This document shows, in pieces, positions 39,413 through 48,349 of a stretch of 64,000 nucleotides of DNA (within the stretch, counting starts at the first letter, position 1; the number at the start of each line of letters is the position of its first letter). The position numbers and the translations under genes are program-made. The notes under the pieces were generated by a model. The model did no database searches. It was not told the DNA's origin and saw only the letters and a list, made by a program, of their open reading frames with translations. Origin of the DNA: a phage; assembly GCA_012401045.1 (NCBI GenBank), contig GCA_012401045.1_4704.1; one strand, written 5' to 3'.

Positions 39413-39436
39413 CACCTAGGTAATATAACCCTGAAA
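39413..39436 (-). promoter_or_regulatory. candidate phage early promoter, TATATTAC core on the minus strand
   Basis: CACCTAGGTAATATAACCCTGAAA on plus strand; about 75 nt upstream of the ATG at 39347. Confidence 0.45.
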
Positions 39437-39601
39437 TTTTTTTCAATATTGGTGTAACCACATTGAACGATATAAACCCCTAGGCGAACGCTGCCGAGAA
39501 GCAACATTCTTTCTACATATAATCAGGATATGTCTGTAAACTTTTACTTCTCTTATTGAGAGTAAAGTCATATCCGTTTACTACCTTCTTACGGAGTTCG
39601 T

Positions 39602-40696
39602 ATGTTTCGTGTTTTAAATAACCTCCCGCGAACATCATCGGGTGTGCAGCCCGTCCCTCAGAAAGACTATCTAATACGCGAAGTTCAAAGAAACCTACAG
39701 ACAATCCAGAACCACTATCAAGGTTTTACCTTCGCGGTTCAGAGCGATCACATCCTTGCGTTACTGCTCGCACAGCTCCCTATGAGATACGACATCTCAG
39801 TACAAACTTACTACGATATGATTCTCGATCTTACTCCAGAATTGGGTAATCGTGTTAAGTTGACAACATCAAGATACGCGGGTAAGTTATTCGACGGTGC
39901 TTTCTATCCGGGATTGCACGAAGCTATTATCGCAACCGGTGAAAGTCGTCTTATTTCACGTGACGTTCTTGACAACTGGCGTAATTGGTCGCCGGTTAGA
40001 ATCGTGACACACCCATACGCAAATCTTCGTTACATTCCTCTTCACCGAAAGCAGGTTGAAGAAGGACGAGGTTTTGCGGTCATTATGGTTGATGTACCTT
40101 TATTAGCACTACAGTATCGAATGTGGTCTTTGGTCATGGGTCATAACGTCGACGGTAAATGGGTGGTTAAAGAACCGGTTACAAGCTTCCTTGCGAGTTT
40201 TCCGTTGGTCAACGCATTATATTCACACAACGATGTTGTTATACGCAATCGTTGTTTGTGGGTATCTCCGGCTAAGAATCCACTCAAATCACCAATTTAC
40301 GTTAACGACCTTGATAACGTATTCAGCCAAGTCGTTCTGTCCGTACAGCATCATTTATTACGAAGAAGACGAAGCTACACCGATATGCTTAAACAGATAC
40401 CGAGTTTATACGGGGATCAGTACCAAGCAACCCGAATGGGTTACACCGTCGATCTTCGACAAACCCGATGGGCAAGGGATCTGGGCTGTCTGTCGTTATG
40501 GCAACAACTCGTCACACTACAAAACGTATCTGAAAGCGTCGGGTTCAGCAGCCAGATCGATAACGACCTGTACCGTGCTGCCGACCGTAGTCTAAAAGAA
40601 GGTAACTGGGAGTCCTCTCCGTTACCTGGCGATTTAAGACGTGAAGTTATCGCACAGGTTGCCGACCTCTTAAAAATTCTTCCCGCTGGTGCATAA
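39602..40696 (+). CDS. hypothetical protein (364 aa)
   Basis: ORF track; one of the few plus-strand genes. Confidence 0.5.
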   Translation: MFRVLNNLPRTSSGVQPVPQKDYLIREVQRNLQTIQNHYQGFTFAVQSDHILALLLAQLPMRYDISVQTYYDMILDLTPELGNRVKLTTSRYAGKLFDGAFYPGLHEAIIATGESRLISRDVLDNWRNWSPVRIVTHPYANLRYIPLHRKQVEEGRGFAVIMVDVPLLALQYRMWSLVMGHNVDGKWVVKEPVTSFLASFPLVNALYSHNDVVIRNRCLWVSPAKNPLKSPIYVNDLDNVFSQVVLSVQHHLLRRRRSYTDMLKQIPSLYGDQYQATRMGYTVDLRQTRWARDLGCLSLWQQLVTLQNVSESVGFSSQIDNDLYRAADRSLKEGNWESSPLPGDLRREVIAQVADLLKILPAGA

Positions 40697-40699
40697 TAA

Positions 40700-40757
40700 C
40701 CTCCCTCCTCCCTTGCATCCTCCCAACCCGTAAGGGAAGGGAGGATGGGGTGGTGGG
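40700..40757 (+). terminator. extended pyrimidine/purine hairpin followed by TTATG, likely bidirectional
   Basis: CATCCTCCC/GGGAGGATG core with outer CCTCC/GGTGG pairing in the convergent gap between 39602..40696 and 40763..42916. Confidence 0.45.
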
Positions 40758-40762
40758 TTATG

Positions 40763-42916
40763 TTACTCTGCGGTTTCTTGCTTCGGTAAATAACTTGCTG
40801 CGATGTCTTGGGCTAACAATGTATTGTTTTTATTCGAGATGAAAATACCATAACTTTCCATTAACGCGTAATACGAACGCACGAGCGTAGAGATCAATCG
40901 ACGAATATCCATACCTTGAATAAAGATATCAGGAAGCCCGGAGGCTTCGATCACCGGTAATGGTATCGTTAAGTTGCTTATCGTTTTCTTATCGTTACGT
41001 ACAATCCAATCACGGAAACGTTGTTGTAACCCTTTATCCTCCCAGGAATCAATCCAATCGTTAAGAAGCGTTTTGTTCTTCGTCGCCAACGGCACACGAA
41101 CCCCAACATAGGGTGGTTCAGGGCAATGGCCGTACGATTGAGCAAACACCTCTTCCCACATATCGTAAGACTGTTTCGTTACTGCAACATGCGGTTTCAC
41201 TTTAACACGCGTTAAGAAATCAGGATCACCACGTTTCATAGACTCAACGATTTCGTTTTCTAACGAGATAATATCGTCAAGAACCAATCGAATGCTGATC
41301 TTCTCGTTACGTAACAGCTTATCCATGATACCACACATCATGCGTTCAACACGTTTGACGATCATTTTTGGTGCTGACGCATCACGCATAACCGGACCTT
41401 TCAATTCCAGCTTCGGTGGATTGATAGGAACCCCCTCACGCATGGTCATGTAACCGTAATAGTTTTTACCCATCGAGGTTAACGACAGAATCAAGAACAT
41501 ATATTCGTTCTTCATTTCCATCACGTACATATGCTCTTTCGCCACACCGATATTACCAGAACACATCGCCATCAGATGAACCGTAATCTGCGTAACCAGA
41601 TAGATAAGCGTGTTTGCTAAGCGCGTCGAAACTGGATTGATCTCCATATTTCCAAATCGCCACTGAACCCACTCCTGGCAGGTAAACACCGTCGAGTCGG
41701 TATCAGACAACACACCCACTTCACGGATTGCTGATGGGAAAGCATAAACACCAGCCGGTTGGTTCTCGGTACGCCAGAACGCCATAATCAAATCAGCATA
41801 GCTTTGAATACGCTGTAGCATTAATTTTGTCGTTGCTGCAGTAAGACGATAACCAAGCTCATTTCCTTTTTCTAGCGCTACGTAAATCGCTTCCCCATTC
41901 AAGAACTCCGTACATTGTGCTGTAATCCAAGCGACCGTGTTGTTATCCATGGAAGCAATAATGGCTTTAGCCTCTTCCATCGTTTCAACAGGTTCGGATG
42001 CCAGCTCGCATAACGAATCAAGAAAATCTCGAACAAATTCAGGATTAAGCTCACGTAACGAGTACAGGTTATTGCTGTACATGTAGCAGGCACGTTCCAA
42101 CGGTGTTAAACCAGTAATTAACTCCCGGATAGTCAGTTCTTTCTCTGGGTCGAAAGTATATCGATGCAAGCATTTCGATACGTTAGCCCAAACCTCTTCC
42201 GGCGTAGGGTAATGTAGTTTGTATTTTACCATTACCTGTTCAATGGCTTTACGATCGCTGTTGCGGACAATACTCACGATGTTTTCAATTGCGATATCAC
42301 AATCGTAATAATGGAAATTGCCCGCAAGGAAGCGTTCGTTGTTCGCATTGGCTGAACCTGAAGCACAGCGACACGTTGTCGTTAAACTTGGATGCGCAAT
42401 TGGATTATAAAAAGGGTTAAACTTGGACGCCTGGGTTCCTGACAAACTGTTGTTATCTAACTTGGTGTTGGTTTGTCGTTTATCGTGTAACTCAGCTTCA
42501 TCTTTACGTCCGTGTGCTTGCGCTATCGACATTTGTTTCTTTTGTTTCTTACGCAACTTACCGTTTTCAACCGCAAAGTCGCTTAGCACACTGGAACGTG
42601 TTTCACGTGGATAACAGTTAGCCCACACCGGCGTGATAATTAAATTATTTTCTTTAATATCATTGAAGTATTGGCTGAACTTGATGACTTCTTTTTCTCG
42701 ATTTCCTTCGGTGCGCTGTGTTAATACAAGGCAGTCGGGATCAACCATCCCGTATTTTCCACCAGGACGAACCGTATCAAGGACAAACTGCAACGCTTCC
42801 TGCTGTGATATCCCACGCATGCGCATTAAGAACAGGGTATAATCCTGTACCGCTTCTTTGGTCATATCCAACGTACGGCCATATCCGTTTTCATCGTAAA
42901 AGAACGGATTTTCCAT
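40763..42916 (-). CDS. large hypothetical protein (717 aa), possible polymerase-like enzyme
   Basis: GGAGGA upstream of ATG 42916; single LSDTDS motif resembling a polymerase Mg-binding motif, other polymerase motifs not found. Confidence 0.45.
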   Translation of the reverse strand: MENPFFYDENGYGRTLDMTKEAVQDYTLFLMRMRGISQQEALQFVLDTVRPGGKYGMVDPDCLVLTQRTEGNREKEVIKFSQYFNDIKENNLIITPVWANCYPRETRSSVLSDFAVENGKLRKKQKKQMSIAQAHGRKDEAELHDKRQTNTKLDNNSLSGTQASKFNPFYNPIAHPSLTTTCRCASGSANANNERFLAGNFHYYDCDIAIENIVSIVRNSDRKAIEQVMVKYKLHYPTPEEVWANVSKCLHRYTFDPEKELTIRELITGLTPLERACYMYSNNLYSLRELNPEFVRDFLDSLCELASEPVETMEEAKAIIASMDNNTVAWITAQCTEFLNGEAIYVALEKGNELGYRLTAATTKLMLQRIQSYADLIMAFWRTENQPAGVYAFPSAIREVGVLSDTDSTVFTCQEWVQWRFGNMEINPVSTRLANTLIYLVTQITVHLMAMCSGNIGVAKEHMYVMEMKNEYMFLILSLTSMGKNYYGYMTMREGVPINPPKLELKGPVMRDASAPKMIVKRVERMMCGIMDKLLRNEKISIRLVLDDIISLENEIVESMKRGDPDFLTRVKVKPHVAVTKQSYDMWEEVFAQSYGHCPEPPYVGVRVPLATKNKTLLNDWIDSWEDKGLQQRFRDWIVRNDKKTISNLTIPLPVIEASGLPDIFIQGMDIRRLISTLVRSYYALMESYGIFISNKNNTLLAQDIAASYLPKQETAE

Positions 42917-42980
42917 AAATCCTCCAAAAGTTATTTAGTCTGTCTACATCATCTCGTATATCTGTTAAAAAAGAAGGACG

Positions 42981-43019
42981 GCATAAAAAAGAACCGATCC
43001 AGCCGAAGCCAGATCGGTT
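42981..43019 (-). terminator. rho-independent terminator
   Basis: AACCGATC/GATCGGTT 8-bp stem followed on the minus strand by TTTTTTATGCC. Confidence 0.55.
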
Positions 43020-43214
43020 AAAAAGGATAATAACTGACAGAAAGATATCGATGATGTTCGTGAAACAAGATCTTCTCTCGTGTACAATGATGCTAGATCA
43101 GAGGGAGGTTGTAACACGAGAGGTGGTCCGCCAAAGAAGGAATAAAAACACGAACCTATCTTATTTCACTGATGGCACTAACCACTCAAAATATATAGTA
43201 CCGTATGTAAAAGT

Positions 43215-43628
43215 TTACTGATTAATCAAGTCGTTAGCAACAATCTTGGTGTAACCTGCCTGATTAAGAATTTGATTAATTTTCGTCACGTCGGTCGCAT
43301 CCTCAATAACGATGCTGGGTTTATAGATCAGCGTCTTGGTAACGACGATTGTACTCTCCTTAATCCAAGGAATCCCTAGAATCACATACTCACCATCGGC
43401 TGTAATGACCTCGACGTAATTGTATTTCGTCGGATCGTTCGGTACACTAGACGGGAGCCGGGAATAAATCTGTTGGTGAATGGCGTCTACATCACGGCCG
43501 TTACGCACAGCCGTACGATAGTTGTACACGGCACTAATTTCTACTCCGTTGAAGTTAACCCCAAGTTCTGGGGCGTACACATCAAAACTCACAACAGAGC
43601 CAATCTTTTCTAAATCAGAAGCTGGCAT
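43215..43628 (-). CDS. hypothetical protein (137 aa)
   Basis: ORF track. Confidence 0.45.
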   Translation of the reverse strand: MPASDLEKIGSVVSFDVYAPELGVNFNGVEISAVYNYRTAVRNGRDVDAIHQQIYSRLPSSVPNDPTKYNYVEVITADGEYVILGIPWIKESTIVVTKTLIYKPSIVIEDATDVTKINQILNQAGYTKIVANDLINQ

Positions 43629-43639
43629 AATAGCATCCT

Positions 43640-44161
43640 TTATTTAAAAATGTATTCATATCCGAAAGTCGTCGCTGACCAGACCCGGATAGATGATAGT
43701 GTTCCGCCACGATAAAACGTTTTTGTGAATTCCATATCCTGGACAACACGATAATAAACACGTCCGATAATACGCACGATAAGGTTTCGTGATAACGATC
43801 TCTCCTCGCAGTATTCATCGATAAAGTCATCGTCGATATCCGATAAGACAACATCCGCAATTTCTTGCAGTAGATTCCTCATCAGCATCTGCCTTCCTTC
43901 GGTACCCCACCCAGACAAACAGTAATCGTCTTCTGCCTGACTATAGATGTCGTTAACCGCCTGTTCGAGCAGTTGCTCAAGATAGTAGTCATCGCGTTTT
44001 ATAACGTGGCGACGGCGCTCAGTGGCGTATTTTTCCATCCTGTGTTTCTCTTGTTCGGCGTATGTATTAACGACGCCACAGTCTTTTCTGGATCGTCCCA
44101 CAATGCACGACGAAAACTGGATACTACCATAACGGTAGGATAGATTTGTACAACCTCCCAT
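43640..44161 (-). CDS. hypothetical protein; start uncertain
   Basis: ORF track; overlaps 43999..44487, real start may be internal Met near 44038. Confidence 0.4.
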   Translation of the reverse strand: MGGCTNLSYRYGSIQFSSCIVGRSRKDCGVVNTYAEQEKHRMEKYATERRRHVIKRDDYYLEQLLEQAVNDIYSQAEDDYCLSGWGTEGRQMLMRNLLQEIADVVLSDIDDDFIDEYCEERSLSRNLIVRIIGRVYYRVVQDMEFTKTFYRGGTLSSIRVWSATTFGYEYIFK

Positions 44162-44487
44162 CCGTAACGATGTGCGTTAGTCGTACGTCCGACATTGAAC
44201 AGACATAGCTGATTTAAGAAACAGAGCTGCATCTTCGTAAACAACACCATGTCTTCACGTTTAACGTATCCGAGGATATATGCATTCTCGAACGCCTCGC
44301 GTGACAAGACGGGACGATTAAGATACCGTAACGCTAATACCAACAACGTTGTTATGCGCAACGGATCTTCTGGGTCATTCATGGTGCTCAGCTCTGCTTG
44401 TAACCAGTCAGGGATAGTAACCGTCAGACGATAGGTATCTGTTCCACGATCAACCACATTCAATGTTGAAAAAGGCAACATATCCAT
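43999..44487 (-). CDS. hypothetical protein (162 aa)
   Basis: ORF track. Confidence 0.4.
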   Translation of the reverse strand: MDMLPFSTLNVVDRGTDTYRLTVTIPDWLQAELSTMNDPEDPLRITTLLVLALRYLNRPVLSREAFENAYILGYVKREDMVLFTKMQLCFLNQLCLFNVGRTTNAHRYGWEVVQIYPTVMVVSSFRRALWDDPEKTVASLIHTPNKRNTGWKNTPLSAVATL

Positions 44488-45025
44488 GAATTCCTTCTAG
44501 CTCGAGGTTGTTCTCGCCGGTCTTCGGTAATAACCCACTGGCCGTTAACATCTGTGTCATCGAGTAGTCAAAGCACGGGAATATCAGGTTAACGGTTTCC
44601 TGGATCGCGTCAACATAACTATAAATGGCTTCATAATACTCACCGTCATGATCTACGCTAACCAGTTCCTGACACAGTTCTTCGCTTATCATTTCATATA
44701 CCGGCGGATACCACGATTGAAATGGTCGCTGCATACGTAACGACCAATACTCGTACGTCGTATACTGAAGCACGTCGTAAGCCGATACGTTAATGCGGTC
44801 GAAGAAAGCATACTTGTCCATATGCTGATACAACATCGCCAGCACGGTTTCCAAGCACACCGATATCCGCACGCCGTCATCTTTCCCGTTAAGAAAATTA
44901 GGTTTCTGCCGATAACGCACAAATGCCGACGGCTTTGATTGCATTATTCCACCACCAACCATAACGTCATACTCGTATCTAACGTAAAATTGAAATGCCA
45001 CCAATCTTCTACACGTGGAATCCAC
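44450..45025 (-). CDS. hypothetical protein; GTG start in track, real start uncertain
   Basis: ORF track. Confidence 0.4.
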   Translation of the reverse strand: MDSTCRRLVAFQFYVRYEYDVMVGGGIMQSKPSAFVRYRQKPNFLNGKDDGVRISVCLETVLAMLYQHMDKYAFFDRINVSAYDVLQYTTYEYWSLRMQRPFQSWYPPVYEMISEELCQELVSVDHDGEYYEAIYSYVDAIQETVNLIFPCFDYSMTQMLTASGLLPKTGENNLELEGIHGYVAFFNIECG

Positions 45026-45627
45026 GTACGAAGGATTTGGTTAACTTCGCTTCGCATCACCGATAAACGACAACGAAAATCGAACTTCTCATCGTGGCCG
45101 TAGTCTTCATGCATGAAAACTTCATCCAAAACGAACTCAAGTTGCATGTCGACATCACGGCCAGAGATATTCCGTTTGTACAGATACAGTTCAATCGTGT
45201 CGTAAAGCAACGTGTGAATATCATAATTTCCGTTCGGTGAGAAATAAGGTAATCGCTCATCGAGCATCGTAAACAGATATTCGCTGTAGTTTAATAACGG
45301 GATGATGTACCGACGCCCTGTCTGTGGTGTGCGAATATGTATCGAAACCTGACTTGGGCGCGGAATAACCGACGGCTTAGAATCGTCTCTCTGAAATTGC
45401 TCTAAAGATCGCAACAAAGGTGGCCGCATTGTAACTCTCCAACGCCCAATTGTAAGGCCCTTCCAACATGTGTTCCCATACGTGAATAAACTCACTACCG
45501 AAGACAGGCTCCAGCGCCATGGTGAGATTCGTAAGTTCTGACGCAGCCGCATGGTAAGCATCAACATGTCTTTCCATTGACGGATCGTCTTCATTGAAAA
45601 TACGTTCTGTGTCGCCAGCCCGCTCAA
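44944..45627 (-). CDS. hypothetical protein; probably starts at internal Met near 45294
   Basis: First ~110 residues are Arg/Trp-rich and overlap the better-looking end of 45377..46006. Confidence 0.35.
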   Translation of the reverse strand: MSGLATQNVFSMKTIRQWKDMLMLTMRLRQNLRISPWRWSLSSVVSLFTYGNTCWKGLTIGRWRVTMRPPLLRSLEQFQRDDSKPSVIPRPSQVSIHIRTPQTGRRYIIPLLNYSEYLFTMLDERLPYFSPNGNYDIHTLLYDTIELYLYKRNISGRDVDMQLEFVLDEVFMHEDYGHDEKFDFRCRLSVMRSEVNQILRTWIPRVEDWWHFNFTLDTSMTLWLVVE

Positions 45628-46006
45628 TAAGTTCGGTAATGAGATCTGTCCATGTCTCGTGACACGTCATCATTTCCTGTTCTCGACTTAGTATGCCGAT
45701 GTCTGCGTGGACGCTGGACTCGAACCGGTCTAAAAGGACCCGAAGAACGTGCACCTTGTCGATGTATTTCACCGTTATCCAGGAAAGCGGTTGCCACCGA
45801 CTCAGCATCCATCCGGTACTCGGGAACCCCAAACTCATATAGTACGGGTTGCACCGGACCGAAGACGGAGCGACGTTGTTTAAATCGCTCCTTAAGGGCA
45901 AGGCCTTGTTTAATATAAACGGGTTCATTGGCGAGTTGTTCCGCTTTTCGTTTTGCGTGAGCCAATCGAAGTTCTTCCAATTGCCCAAGCCATTCAAATT
46001 GTTCAT
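45377..46006 (-). CDS. hypothetical protein; N-terminal extent uncertain
   Basis: C-terminal ~125 residues look protein-like; N-terminus overlaps 45624..46601 in another frame. Confidence 0.4.
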   Translation of the reverse strand: MNNLNGLGNWKNFDWLTQNEKRNNSPMNPFILNKALPLRSDLNNVAPSSVRCNPYYMSLGFPSTGWMLSRWQPLSWITVKYIDKVHVLRVLLDRFESSVHADIGILSREQEMMTCHETWTDLITELIERAGDTERIFNEDDPSMERHVDAYHAAASELTNLTMALEPVFGSEFIHVWEHMLEGPYNWALESYNAATFVAIFRAISERRF

Positions 46007-46601
46007 CTGTTAGCTCCTGGGGACGTTCAACAATCGCGCCAGACGGGCAGATATTGATCGTAATGTTAATTGACGGCATCGCCATCACTCGAGGATTACT
46101 ATTACGTACGCGGACAACATGTTCGGTTGCTGATTTACGATCGACGCAATACTCTGTTTCTTGGAACTCAAATGCTTTTAACGGCGTTGGTTTTGTTTGA
46201 CGTTTAGGAACGCGGCCAAGATCAACAATATAGGCATAATCGCACACACGTTCTATTCCGTAAATACGGTTATCCGACCAGTTCTTACCAAACAGCTTGT
46301 TGTGATGATAAGACAAATATTCGGTTACCATACCCTGGACAACATCGAAATCTTCTCGAAATTCAGGTTGGTACCAAATCGGGCCGAGAATATCTGCGAA
46401 CGATTCATGACGATATCGAGGATCATGTCGAGTCCAGGTCATTCTCTGGTTAAGATCGAAATCCACCAACAACTCGGTTAATTGCAATTTTTCCTTCGGA
46501 GAAAGCTGGCGTTGATGATGCAAACTCAGACAATCGATAAGCGGTAATGAAACCCACGATGCTAATGTGTACAAATCGATCCTGGCTAATCTCTTGGTCA
46601 T
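45624..46601 (-). CDS. hypothetical protein; C-terminal extent uncertain
   Basis: Last ~45 residues are Arg-rich and overlap the next ORF. Confidence 0.4.
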   Translation of the reverse strand: MTKRLARIDLYTLASWVSLPLIDCLSLHHQRQLSPKEKLQLTELLVDFDLNQRMTWTRHDPRYRHESFADILGPIWYQPEFREDFDVVQGMVTEYLSYHHNKLFGKNWSDNRIYGIERVCDYAYIVDLGRVPKRQTKPTPLKAFEFQETEYCVDRKSATEHVVRVRNSNPRVMAMPSINITINICPSGAIVERPQELTDEQFEWLGQLEELRLAHAKRKAEQLANEPVYIKQGLALKERFKQRRSVFGPVQPVLYEFGVPEYRMDAESVATAFLDNGEIHRQGARSSGPFRPVRVQRPRRHRHTKSRTGNDDVSRDMDRSHYRTY

Positions 46602-46692
46602 ACTCTTTTCCTAAGTCCCCATTGTTTATACACACGATATCTGGGAATAGTTAAAATATACGGCGTAAAACGAAGCAGGAGAGTTTCTGACG

Positions 46693-47013
46693 TCATTTTC
46701 TCCCTCTTCGAATACTACCGATACCTCTTTCGTCTAAGACGTCCCAGGCACGCTTTATTTCATCCTCCGTTGCTCTGGTATCTGGAGGGACAACCATAAC
46801 ACAGTCGTGGAACGGCCAATGTGTAGGTCTGGGGTTAGCGAACAAATCATCCCATTCAAATGTCCATTCTTTCTTTGAGCGATTGTAGTAGAGTGTAAGG
46901 TACGTGTTGGTATACGCCGGATAACCGCGCATAACTTCAATATCCTTACGATCTTGCCGTTCCTGATTCCAATCGTTAAACCGCTTTCTTATTTTCTCCC
47001 ACCACTTTCCCAT
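46693..47013 (-). CDS. hypothetical protein (106 aa)
   Basis: ORF track. Confidence 0.45.
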   Translation of the reverse strand: MGKWWEKIRKRFNDWNQERQDRKDIEVMRGYPAYTNTYLTLYYNRSKKEWTFEWDDLFANPRPTHWPFHDCVMVVPPDTRATEDEIKRAWDVLDERGIGSIRRGRK

Positions 47014-47066
47014 GCTTTCTCCTACACGGCATAAAAGCCTGCCCCGAAGGACAGGCTCGATAGAAC

Positions 47067-47267
47067 TTAACGACCATCCAATTTCAATGAAGGATGGTTG
47101 ACGATATGTGCGTGTTTTGCTGGGTCATATAGCTGATATGGAAAATAGCCATGCCATTGACGGCCTTGGCATTTCGTACACAGGAACTGACCAACACCTT
47201 GTCGATTCTCGTAAGCGAGTTCGGTACTATCAACATGACCGCAACGTTCGCAGATAAACAGCGACAT
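47067..47267 (-). CDS. small Zn-ribbon protein
   Basis: CERCGH...CTKCQG cysteine pairs. Confidence 0.4.
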   Translation of the reverse strand: MSLFICERCGHVDSTELAYENRQGVGQFLCTKCQGRQWHGYFPYQLYDPAKHAHIVNHPSLKLDGR

Positions 47268-47304
47268 AGCGCATCCCCATTCACTTGAACCTTTTGGTTC
47301 GGCA

Positions 47305-48285
47305 TTAGAAAAGCAAGAAACCGCTATTCTTCGCTTCCGCTACAGTTTCGTCACCAACTTTCGGTGCCTGTTGACGCGCGTTACGATGTTCGATGTAACG
47401 TTTCGCTTCGTCAGCGATTTGTTTGATAATACCCCCTAAACGATCGGTACTTAAAACAAACGACGTCGCTTCACGAATTGGGCTGCTTTCAGGCACAAAA
47501 CCATCGCAGCTGTAAATAGCGCTAACGCCCATGACTTTTGTCGCGTCTTTCGGATAAAGCGTACAGAAAGCAATCGGGCTATCGTTCTCTTTCGTCCAAT
47601 CGTATCCCATGAACGTATTCAGTTCGGTGATCGTTGGTTCCAAACCGGTAACACGTGGATGGTTTAAGAAGTTTTCCAGGTCGGCGCTGTCAAGACGACG
47701 GTTCTCGCCAGAAAACAGAACACAAAGCTGGCTAATAACAACCTGCACGTCCAGGTTGACATCCTGCTCCGATTTCCCATTTTCGCCATTCATGTGATAG
47801 CTAACAATCACTGGACGTTTCAACCCTTCTGCAGCCGCCATCAGTCCTTTGAAGGTGCGATCGGCGTTGATCGTTTGACGCTCATCATCGAACGAGGCAA
47901 CGATGCAACACACCACACGTTCACCACGTTCCAGCAGGTTAGCAACCAACGCAGGACCTGCAACAGAACCTGAACCACCGCTCAGACTAAAGACCACGAT
48001 ATTAAATTTACCTGGCGTATGCTTATTCAGAATACCCGGGATTTGTGAACAGATCAGTTCAGCGTTCTCATCACGCTTCTTACCAGAACCGTCTAACTCA
48101 CGACCGGCTGCATCTTTAAAGATGTAAATATGATCGTCACCCAGTGTGCTATCGCGTAGGTTAGCGCGGCTGGTATCGACATACGTCATGCTGTGTAATC
48201 CTTTCGCGACTTCGCCTTCAAATGCTGAGCCGATTTCGCCACCACAACCACCGACAGCCCAAATATGTACTTGGTTCTCTTGCAT
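47305..48285 (-). CDS. phuZ: PhuZ-type phage tubulin/FtsZ-family GTPase
   Basis: N-terminal IWAVGGCGGEIG and tubulin signature SLSGGSGSVAGP, matching the PhuZ YSLGGGSGSVLGP region; AGGAG upstream of ATG. Confidence 0.7.
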   Translation of the reverse strand: MQENQVHIWAVGGCGGEIGSAFEGEVAKGLHSMTYVDTSRANLRDSTLGDDHIYIFKDAAGRELDGSGKKRDENAELICSQIPGILNKHTPGKFNIVVFSLSGGSGSVAGPALVANLLERGERVVCCIVASFDDERQTINADRTFKGLMAAAEGLKRPVIVSYHMNGENGKSEQDVNLDVQVVISQLCVLFSGENRRLDSADLENFLNHPRVTGLEPTITELNTFMGYDWTKENDSPIAFCTLYPKDATKVMGVSAIYSCDGFVPESSPIREATSFVLSTDRLGGIIKQIADEAKRYIEHRNARQQAPKVGDETVAEAKNSGFLLF

Positions 48286-48349
48286 GTGAACTCCTAACTT
48301 AATATGTATTTAACGTACAATGAATCTTTCTTTGCTAAAGGGGTGACCC

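Noticed and set aside
45690-45760. tRNA-like GGTTCGAGTCC T-loop on the minus strand
   Set aside because: Flanking bases do not form a T-stem or acceptor stem, and the site is inside coding ORFs.
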